DNA of 61,144 bases from an uncultured Bacilli bacterium (GTDB lineage Bacteria > Bacillota_I > Bacilli_A > RF39 > UBA660). The position numbers and the translations under genes were made by a program. The stretch covers positions 1 through 61,144 of the forward strand of contig CALVSA010000003.1 of NCBI GenBank assembly GCA_944358825.1, read 5' to 3'. This document shows, one piece after another, positions 29,353-36,375 of this stretch; within the stretch, counting starts at the first letter, position 1, and each line of letters begins with the position of its first letter. The notes below the pieces were generated by a model. It did not search any database and was not told the DNA's origin. It saw only the letters and a program-made list of their open reading frames with translations.

Positions 29353-30489
29353 ATGAATTATAAGGAATTTGAACAAATAATAATAGGTTATATGCAAGCA
29401 AAAGGATGGACTTTATCTATTGCTGTTGATGGCTCGGAAAGACTTGCTTTAGAAAAAAATTATAATCCTAATTTTACCAATAAATCAAAAGATAAATTTT
29501 TGATAAATGATGATGAATTTTATGATAGATTAAAAAAGGGATTAGATAAATTAAATATTACATATAAAAATTTTAATTCCATTGATAATCCGTATACAGA
29601 TACCGATTTTATTGTTGCTGGATTACAAACCATAAATCCTATTATATATGGCAGTTCTGAAGTACAACTTGATAAATGGATTTCTTTTCAACCAGTTATT
29701 AGATTAATTGAAAAAGATAAATGCGGAGTGGAGGAAGGATATTTTTCTTCCTTTGTCAATGTTTGTGAAATTTCGACAAATACAAATTATGCTGACTATA
29801 TTCAAGATATTGAAAATTGGATTGATATTTTATCTATCTGTTCTCTACATTCAAGTGGTTTACAATTAATTTTAAAACCAACTACCACAGCATATAATGG
29901 AGTAGGATTAGAATTTAATTATAAAGGCTTGGAACTTGGTCAAGCAAATTTATATAATTTTAATATTAATGAACAAAATGTAATGATGTCTGACTTTGGA
30001 TTTGGCTATGAGAGAATTTTGTGGGCAATTAATGGCGGAAAAAATTTTTTTGCACCATTTGTATCTAAATATGATTATTTATTTGGCGATTTAAAGGAAG
30101 TTGATAGAATAAGAACACTTACTTTAATGGCAATGTCTGGTATTAAAGGTGGTTCATCTGGCAAATCAAAACACATGAGAAATTTAGTTAAAGAAGCTTT
30201 TGGGATTAATATTATTCCTAACATTAACGAACAAATAAAACAGTATTATGAATTTTATTCAAAATTTATTTCTTCATTGATTGAATTAAATGAAGTAAAT
30301 GGTATAATTAATAATGAAGTAGCATTGAATATAAAGAAAAAAATATTAAAACAAGCAGGCATTAGTAATTATTCATCTTTAAGCAGTGCAGATATTGAAA
30401 CTGTTTGTAAAACAATTTTTCTTGACAAAGTGCACAAAGAGAATAAATTTACAAAAATAAAGGAAATTAAAGGAGGTAAAAGAAAATGA
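29353..30489 (+). CDS. Stand-alone class IIc (AlaRS-like) aminoacyl-tRNA-synthetase catalytic-core homologue; candidate amino acid ligase
   Basis: The order of segments VAGLQTI / QPVIRL / YFSSFVNVCEIS / NYADYIQDIENWIDIL / LGQANLYNF / SDFGFGYERILWAINGG parallels AlaRS AGM..F / QKCIR / HHTFFEMLGNFS / DYFK..AI.WAW / EIWNLVF / DTGMGLERL. At 378 aa it has no room for the tRNA-binding or editing domains. Confidence 0.5.
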   Translation: MNYKEFEQIIIGYMQAKGWTLSIAVDGSERLALEKNYNPNFTNKSKDKFLINDDEFYDRLKKGLDKLNITYKNFNSIDNPYTDTDFIVAGLQTINPIIYGSSEVQLDKWISFQPVIRLIEKDKCGVEEGYFSSFVNVCEISTNTNYADYIQDIENWIDILSICSLHSSGLQLILKPTTTAYNGVGLEFNYKGLELGQANLYNFNINEQNVMMSDFGFGYERILWAINGGKNFFAPFVSKYDYLFGDLKEVDRIRTLTLMAMSGIKGGSSGKSKHMRNLVKEAFGINIIPNINEQIKQYYEFYSKFISSLIELNEVNGIINNEVALNIKKKILKQAGISNYSSLSSADIETVCKTIFLDKVHKENKFTKIKEIKGGKRK

Positions 30490-31100
30490 AATTATTATTA
30501 GCAGGTGGTGGAGAACCTGAACAAGTGAAACCACTAGACGAATATTTTGCAAATTACGTAAAAGAAGGTAAGGTTTTATATATTCCTGTTGCAATGTACA
30601 AAATTCCTTATGATGAATGTGAAAGTTGGTTTAGGGAAACATATGCAAAATATAATATATATAATATAGATGTATGTACAGATTTGAAAAAGGCTCCCAA
30701 TTTAAATGAATATAAAGCCGTATTTATAGGAGGAGGAAACACTTTTAAATTATTAAAAGAAATTAAAGAAAGTAATTTCGATTATGCTCTTACAGAATAT
30801 TTAAAAAATGGAGGCTTTGTTTATGGTGGTTCAGCTGGTGCTATTATTTTTGGAAAAACAATAAAAACTTCTAGCCATGCCGATAAAAATTTTGTTAATC
30901 TTAAAGATTTAAATGGTTTAAATTTAATAAAAGGATATGATGTTTGGTGTCATTATAATGAAAAAAAGGATTTAAATAATGTTTTAAAATTAGAAAATTC
31001 TACTGTTGTACTTTATGAAGAATCTGGTGTTTTATTTGATGGCGAAAAATTTATAACAGTTGGTAAAAATCATTTAATTTTTCCTGATGATTTTGAATAG
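30486..31100 (+). CDS. Peptidase S51 (dipeptidase E/cyanophycinase-like) family protein
   Basis: FIGGGNTFKLL and the nucleophile elbow YGGSAGAIIFG. Confidence 0.7.
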   Translation: MKLLLAGGGEPEQVKPLDEYFANYVKEGKVLYIPVAMYKIPYDECESWFRETYAKYNIYNIDVCTDLKKAPNLNEYKAVFIGGGNTFKLLKEIKESNFDYALTEYLKNGGFVYGGSAGAIIFGKTIKTSSHADKNFVNLKDLNGLNLIKGYDVWCHYNEKKDLNNVLKLENSTVVLYEESGVLFDGEKFITVGKNHLIFPDDFE

Positions 31101-31168
31101 ATATAAAAATTTATATTCAAAGAAAAATAGTTTAAATATACGTTTTAATCATAAAGGTGGTGTTTTAA

Positions 31169-32107
31169 ATTTTTAAAAGTGATGAACAAGAGCAAGAATA
31201 TATTTTAAAGTTAAATGAAATATTAAGTGCTTTTCTTAAATCTAATGAGAAAATAGTAGAAATAGAAAACACTTCTGGGGGTATTGCTAATAAAGTTATT
31301 AAACTTACTACTAACTTTAATCATAAATATATATTCAAAATTTATAAAAAGAAAAGGAATCAAATACTTCCATTTGAACTAATGGACTTTTTAGAAGAAA
31401 ATGATATAAATGTTGTAAAACCTAAAAATAAAAAACCAATTATCTTTGAAAACACGGATTGTTATTTATTTGATTATATAGAAAATGTTCCAACAATTTT
31501 TGATAATGCAACGGCATCTTATTTAATTAATCTTTTAAAGATAATTTCAAGATTTAAAACATCCATCAATAATGATGAATATTATTATAAAATAAAATGC
31601 GATAATGAATATAAACTTTTAAAGGAAAAGAAAAATTATATACTCGATGATGATATTGTTAATCGAGTTTTAAAAAGATATGATCAAATTAAAAATCTAC
31701 CTATAAATAATGAAAAGGAGATAGTTCATTCTGATATTAGTACATCAAACTTATTGACAGCAAAAGATGGATACTATTTAATTGATTTTGATGAAGTTAG
31801 ATTTACTTCTAAATTATATGATTTGGCAGTTATTTTGGTAAAATTTTTCTTCGATGGTAAAAATATTGATATAAAAAATGCTAAATCATTCGTTGATTTA
31901 TATTTGAAAAATTTTAGCGAATATGATTATAAAGACTGTTACAATGTTTTTGAATATTATGTTGTAAAACAATTATTAGAAAAATTTTCGGATTATGAAA
32001 TATATGGTATTGATTTATATTCAAAGCAACAGCAACAAGATGATTTTAGAAATTGGATTTATTATTTTGAACATTTAAATTTAATTAAACAAATTTTTGG
32101 TTTATAA
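31169..32107 (+). CDS. APH-family kinase with no canonical start codon for its N-lobe (possible ATT start)
   Basis: The frame is open from 31169. The N-lobe (NTSGGIANKVIKL..., YIFKIY) lies upstream of the first ATG at 31382. The catalytic motif is VHSDISTSNLL...LIDFDE. The SD aaaggtgg is at 31153-31160. Confidence 0.55.
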   Translation: MFKSDEQEQEYILKLNEILSAFLKSNEKIVEIENTSGGIANKVIKLTTNFNHKYIFKIYKKKRNQILPFELMDFLEENDINVVKPKNKKPIIFENTDCYLFDYIENVPTIFDNATASYLINLLKIISRFKTSINNDEYYYKIKCDNEYKLLKEKKNYILDDDIVNRVLKRYDQIKNLPINNEKEIVHSDISTSNLLTAKDGYYLIDFDEVRFTSKLYDLAVILVKFFFDGKNIDIKNAKSFVDLYLKNFSEYDYKDCYNVFEYYVVKQLLEKFSDYEIYGIDLYSKQQQQDDFRNWIYYFEHLNLIKQIFGL

Positions 32108-32179
32108 TTTATGTAAAATTTAAAAATTTAATCAACATAAAATAAGCACATTATGACATGAATTAGACATAAAATAAAC

Positions 32180-32207
32180 TTGACTCCGTTTTGTCAAGTG
32201 CTATAAT
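32180..32207 (+). promoter_or_regulatory. Near-consensus sigma-A promoter with extended -10, overlapping a 6-bp inverted repeat
   Basis: TTGACT (32180-32185), a 16-nt spacer, then TGcTATAAT (-10 at 32202-32207). CTTGAC...GTCAAG is a dyad across the spacer. Confidence 0.6.
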
Positions 32208-32233
32208 ATAGTAAAATATTAAGAAATTATGTG

Positions 32234-32261
32234 GAGAGGAACTAAATTCTTCTCTTTTTTT
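32234..32261 (+). terminator. Strong intrinsic terminator only about 30 nt downstream of that promoter
   Basis: GAGAGGAA-ctaaa-TTCTTCTC (8 bp including one G-U pair), followed by a T7 run. Confidence 0.65.
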
Positions 32262-32324
32262 CTTTGAAAGAAGGTGTTATATAAAATAAAATTAAAGGAA
32301 GCACATATTTTTGATGAATTAGTA

Positions 32325-32580
32325 ATAAGTGGTCACTATTTATAAAAATAGTAGCCACTTTTTTTGTTGGCATTACAAGAACATTTATATATGAGTAGCC
32401 ACTTCTACTTATAAAAGTAGTCATTTTTGCAAGTGCAAAAATAGTAGTGACACCACTATAATCCCTATATTTTATAAAAGGTAAATGAATATGTGGTGTC
32501 GTTCTTCTTATGCTCATTAAAAATATGCAGTATTTTTACTATAAAAAACACCCCCAAAATAGCAAAAGTGGCTACTCATA
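32325..32580. repeat. Iteron-like repeats of the (A/T)AGTAGCCACTT family, direct and inverted
   Basis: aatagtagccacttttt (about 32347), atgagtagccacttct (32391-32404), aaagtagtcattttt, aatagtagtgacaccact, the inverted copies aagtggtcactattt (about 32327) and aaaagtggctactcat (about 32565). Confidence 0.7.
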
Positions 32581-32603
32581 ATTTTAAGAAAGGAAAAATA
32601 AAT

Positions 32604-32921
32604 ATGATATTTAGAACAAATAAAATTACAAATTATACGAAGATTGATAATAGATATTTGGAAGATAAAAACATTTCTTTAAAGGCTAAAGGATTATTAA
32701 CTTTAATGTTATCTTTACCAGATAATTGGAAATTTAATGTTAATGGTTTATGTCTTTTATGTAAAGAAAGTAAAAATGCAGTTAATAGCGCAATAAAAGA
32801 ATTAAAGGAAAATAAATATTTAGAGGTAGAAAAAACTTATGATGAAAGTGGGAGATTTATTTATGAATATATCATTTATGAATATCCAGATGACCCAAAA
32901 GGACATCTCGATTTACCATAA
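32604..32921 (+). CDS. Winged-helix replication-initiator/DnaD-like N-terminal domain protein (short)
   Basis: MIFRTNKITNYTKIDNRYLEDKNISLKAKGLLTLMLSLPDNWKFNVNGL...AVNSAIKELKENKYLEV resembles Firmicute phage/plasmid replisome-organiser N-termini. ATG 32604 is preferred (SD aaaggaaaa). Confidence 0.5.
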   Translation: MIFRTNKITNYTKIDNRYLEDKNISLKAKGLLTLMLSLPDNWKFNVNGLCLLCKESKNAVNSAIKELKENKYLEVEKTYDESGRFIYEYIIYEYPDDPKGHLDLP

Positions 32922-33187
32922 CTGGATAATTAGATACTATTAATAACTAATATATTAATAAATTAAAAATAAATAGATAAAGTTGATAAAACAAAAATTT
33001 AATTTTTTAATAAAAACCTCTTGAAAATTCTATTTTTTTAAGTGATAAATATTAAAACAAAAAATTAGTTTATTGATACTTAATTTAACCTACAAGAGGT
33101 TTTAATATTGTTCATAATCAGTTATTAGTATAAAAATTTAAAGCCTCTTAAAATGGCTTAAATTAAAAATGAAAGGATGTGCTTAAT

Positions 33188-33613
33188 ATGTATTTAAAAA
33201 ATGCAACTAATGAGGTTAAAAAAATAACAGAGAAAATAATTGAACTGGATAAGGAAAATAAACTTAAATTTATCAGTTATGTTTTAAACTTATGGAATAA
33301 TAATCAAATTAATAGTTTAAATGAAACTAACCCTGATTTATTAGATGATAGTATTTGTATTGATATATTTAATCCAAGTAGTATTGATTACTATTATTTA
33401 GTAATTAAACTAAATGAATATTGGAATTATAAATATAAACTTTATCAGCTTTATCGAAAAGAATATAAAAGTGTAATAACTTTATTTGAAAAGTTATCTT
33501 TTAAAGAAAAGATAGATGTACTTGCAGAAATATTTTTAATTTTAGAACATGATAAATTACTACCAGATAATGTTGATGGCTATGAAATTGCTAGAATGAT
33601 TATAAAATATTAA
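33188..33613 (+). CDS. Hypothetical protein
   Basis: ORF with the SD aaaggatg. No recognisable domain. Confidence 0.4.
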   Translation: MYLKNATNEVKKITEKIIELDKENKLKFISYVLNLWNNNQINSLNETNPDLLDDSICIDIFNPSSIDYYYLVIKLNEYWNYKYKLYQLYRKEYKSVITLFEKLSFKEKIDVLAEIFLILEHDKLLPDNVDGYEIARMIIKY

Positions 33614-33636
33614 ATATTGAAAAACTAAATTGTTAT

Positions 33637-33704
33637 TTGAAAACTTAATATTTTCGGATAATAATTTAGTCTAATTTTGTCCTTATAAGGTATTAAGTTT
33701 TCAA
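33637..33704. repeat. 12-bp perfect inverted repeat enclosing a 10-bp palindrome, upstream of the recombinase operon
   Basis: TTGAAAACTTAA (33637-33648) pairs with TTAAGTTTTCAA (33693-33704). CCTTATAAGG at 33681-33690 lies between them. Confidence 0.8.
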
Positions 33705-33778
33705 TTTTTGTAGAACTTATTACCTTAAGTTCTTTTTTAGTTTTTATAAAAATAAACTTAAAAGAAAGGACAGAGTAT

Positions 33779-33985
33779 ATGGAAATTACAAATAAAATTC
33801 CATCTAGAATAATTGAATTAGAAACAAGTATCAAACTGCTTGAATACTTAAAAAGAAAAAATGTTATAGATGATGGAATGTATAACTTTTGTATTAATAA
33901 ATTAATGAATAAACTTACATTGGAAAAAAGTAAAATGAAAGATGATTATATAAATAATATTGATAATTACAAAATATTAACTTAG
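33779..33985 (+). CDS. Small hypothetical protein immediately upstream of recombinase 1 (candidate accessory factor/RDF)
   Basis: 68-aa ORF ending 10 nt before the recombinase ATG. No motif recognised. Confidence 0.35.
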   Translation: MEITNKIPSRIIELETSIKLLEYLKRKNVIDDGMYNFCINKLMNKLTLEKSKMKDDYINNIDNYKILT

Positions 33986-33995
33986 GAGGTAACTC

Positions 33996-35675
33996 ATGGA
34001 CTTATATACAGTTAGGAATAATATTATGAAAGGTATTCCCTTGCAAGAATTAAAGTTAAATGTTTGTTTTTATGCCAGAGTATCAACAGATAAAGATGAG
34101 CAGTTGCATTCCTTATCTGCTCAAGTATCTTTTTTTAATGATTATATAAGTAAAGTTCCTAACTGGCACTTTATAGGTTCCTATATTGATGAAGGTATTA
34201 GTGGAACATCAGTTAAAAAACGTGAAGAATTTTTAAGAATGATAGAAGATGCTAAAAAGCATAAGTTTGATTTAATATTAACGAAAGAAATATCCAGGTT
34301 TTCAAGAAGTACTTTGGATAGTATCAAATATACACAGGAGTTATTGCAAGATGGTGTTGGGGTCTATTTTTTAAATGATAATATTAATACTATCTTACCT
34401 GATTCCGAACTTAGACTTACAATAATGTCATCGATTGCTCAAGATGAGGTGCGAAAACTATCAGAAAGAGTATCTTTCGGTATGAAAAGAAGTATTGATA
34501 GTGGTACTGTGTTAGGTTGTTCCAATATTTATGGTTATGTAAAAGATAAAGGAAAACTTGTTATTGATGAAAAAGAGGCTAAAATGATTAAAATTATCTT
34601 CGATAGATATGCCAATACCACCGATGGTTTATCTAAAGTATCAAAGTATTTATATAGCTTAGGTTATAAAAATAAAAAGGGTAAAAGAATAGATACAACG
34701 ATACTAACTAGAATTATTGAAAATCCTAAATATAAAGGATATTATTGTGGTCATAAAACGAAAGTATTAGATTACCGTACTAAAAAGAAGAAAAAATTAA
34801 ATGAATCGGATTGGATTATTTATAAAGATAACGAAAATGTCCCACCAATCGTATCGGAAGAATTATGGAAAAGAGCTAACAAAAAATTAAAAGAAAGGCA
34901 AGATAGTTTTACTAATAGAGCAGTTAATAAAAAAGTATTTCAAAATAGATATACTTATTCAGGTAAAATTTATTGTGGATGTCATAATCTTACATATCAT
35001 AGATCATCTGCTGGTAAAAGAAAAAATAATCCTGTATGGGAATGCCAAGTATATAGAAAAGAAAGTTTAAAGGGTTGTTCTAATCCTAGAGTGTTTGAAT
35101 CTGAATTAGATATAATTTTTAAGGATATGCTTGGTAAATTATTGAAAAAAAGAAAGTATATTTTCGATGACATATTAAATGACTGTAAAAATTATTTAGA
35201 AACCAATAATAATGAATCTGAAATAAAAAATATAGAATCTAAAACTTTAATGTTTAATAATAAAAAAGATAAATTATTAGAACTTGTTATGGAAGAATAT
35301 ATATCTAAAGAAGATTATAAAAAACAAATAGATTTAATTAATGAAGAAATAATTACTAATCAAACAAAACTAAATGAATTACAAAATAATAAGCAAGATA
35401 AAAACTATATAGAAAATAAAATTAAGGAACTAAAAAAGATGTTAGATAATTGTTTAACTGATGATAAGTGTTTCAGTGATATATTTAATGAATTGATTGA
35501 TAGAATTTATGTTTATAAAGAAAAGGACAAAAAGATAAAACTAGATATTTATATAAAAACAGGAGAAAGTGTTAATACATTCTCTGATAATTTAGGTAGA
35601 AAGTTTCATTTAATAGACAACGTTACAACAAATAACTGCAGTAAGTGCAGCAATCAATGGAGGAACTTTGTATAA
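33996..35675 (+). CDS. Large serine recombinase (resolvase catalytic domain, recombinase domain, zinc ribbon, coiled coil)
   Basis: FYARVSTDKDEQLHSLSAQ catalytic Ser region, LTKEISRFSRS, IENPKYKGYY, Cys cluster CGCH...C...C, and a Lys/Glu-rich coiled coil. Strong SD taggaggt. The last 14 sense codons are read from host PBP DNA beyond attR. Confidence 0.92.
   Translation: MDLYTVRNNIMKGIPLQELKLNVCFYARVSTDKDEQLHSLSAQVSFFNDYISKVPNWHFIGSYIDEGISGTSVKKREEFLRMIEDAKKHKFDLILTKEISRFSRSTLDSIKYTQELLQDGVGVYFLNDNINTILPDSELRLTIMSSIAQDEVRKLSERVSFGMKRSIDSGTVLGCSNIYGYVKDKGKLVIDEKEAKMIKIIFDRYANTTDGLSKVSKYLYSLGYKNKKGKRIDTTILTRIIENPKYKGYYCGHKTKVLDYRTKKKKKLNESDWIIYKDNENVPPIVSEELWKRANKKLKERQDSFTNRAVNKKVFQNRYTYSGKIYCGCHNLTYHRSSAGKRKNNPVWECQVYRKESLKGCSNPRVFESELDIIFKDMLGKLLKKRKYIFDDILNDCKNYLETNNNESEIKNIESKTLMFNNKKDKLLELVMEEYISKEDYKKQIDLINEEIITNQTKLNELQNNKQDKNYIENKIKELKKMLDNCLTDDKCFSDIFNELIDRIYVYKEKDKKIKLDIYIKTGESVNTFSDNLGRKFHLIDNVTTNNCSKCSNQWRNFV
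35614..35644 (+). other. attR of element 1
   Basis: Element-end repeat TAGACAAC (35614-35621), core CAACAA (35626-35631) and host half-site TGCAGTAA (35637-35644). Confidence 0.7.
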
Positions 35676-36291
35676 ACCTTATATTGTTGATAGTATTGTA
35701 GAACCAGAAACTGGAGAAATTATTCAGAAATTTGAACCAACGAAAGTAAGAAGTGTTATTAGTAGTAATACTAGTGAAGAAGTTAGATTAATATTAGAGA
35801 AAGTAGTTGCTTATGGAACTGGTCGTAATGCTTTTATCGAAGATTATCGTGTCGGCGGTAAAACTGGAACAGCACAAAAGGTTAATAATGGTGCTTATAT
35901 GGTAGGAAATTATATTTTATCTTTTATTGGTTTTTTACCCGCTAATGATCCAAAGGTAATAGTATATGTTGCAGTTGATAATCCTAAAGGAATAACACAA
36001 TATGGAGGAACAGTATCTGCACCAATTGTTAAAGCTATTTTAACTGATGCTATTAGTGCTTTAGATATTGAAAAACCATCTGGAGGTTTAGAAAAAGAAT
36101 ATCAATGGTATGAAAAAGAATATATTAAGCTTCCTAATGTAGTTGGAATGACTTTGGATGAAGCAAAAAAAGTATTATCTGATTTTACTATTGAATATAC
36201 TGGTAGTGGAAAGGTAGTAAAATCGATGTCTCCATCTAGTGGAACTTCTGTGATGCTTGGAAGTAAAGTACGACTTATGTTAGGTAATTGA
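35632..36291 (+). CDS. spoVD: C-terminal fragment of the split SpoVD/PBP2B-like PBP (KTG motif plus one PASTA domain)
   Basis: The frame is open from 35632: ITAVSAAINGGTLYKPYIVDS..., GGKTGTAQK, and the PASTA-like LPNVVGMTLDEAKKVL...GSKVRLMLG. There is no start codon or SD of its own at the junction. Confidence 0.9.
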   Translation: MTAVSAAINGGTLYKPYIVDSIVEPETGEIIQKFEPTKVRSVISSNTSEEVRLILEKVVAYGTGRNAFIEDYRVGGKTGTAQKVNNGAYMVGNYILSFIGFLPANDPKVIVYVAVDNPKGITQYGGTVSAPIVKAILTDAISALDIEKPSGGLEKEYQWYEKEYIKLPNVVGMTLDEAKKVLSDFTIEYTGSGKVVKSMSPSSGTSVMLGSKVRLMLGN

Positions 36292-36375
36292 CAAATTCTT
36301 ATGTAAAATACCTTAAAATGAGACAAAAAGTTACAATAAGTATGTTATAATCTTATTAGAAATGGAAGTGAAATT

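Larger units (their letters stand above)
21813..35631 (+). mobile_element. About 13.8-kb integrated (intervening) element with a large serine recombinase, inserted in the spoVD-like PBP gene
   Basis: Bounded by the two PBP fragments. CAACAA is present at both junctions. There are 8-bp terminal inverted repeats (GTTGTCTA / TAGACAAC). The recombinase is at the right end, a Rep-like HTH with iteron-like repeats is present, and I recognise no phage structural genes. Confidence 0.85.

Noticed and set aside
32242-32517. Listed ORF 32242..32517 (-) and the long form of 32493..32921 (+)
   Set aside because: Both run through the iteron-like repeat field and have no SD. Their translations are low-complexity. 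The plus-strand gene more plausibly starts at ATG 32604, after aaaggaaaa.
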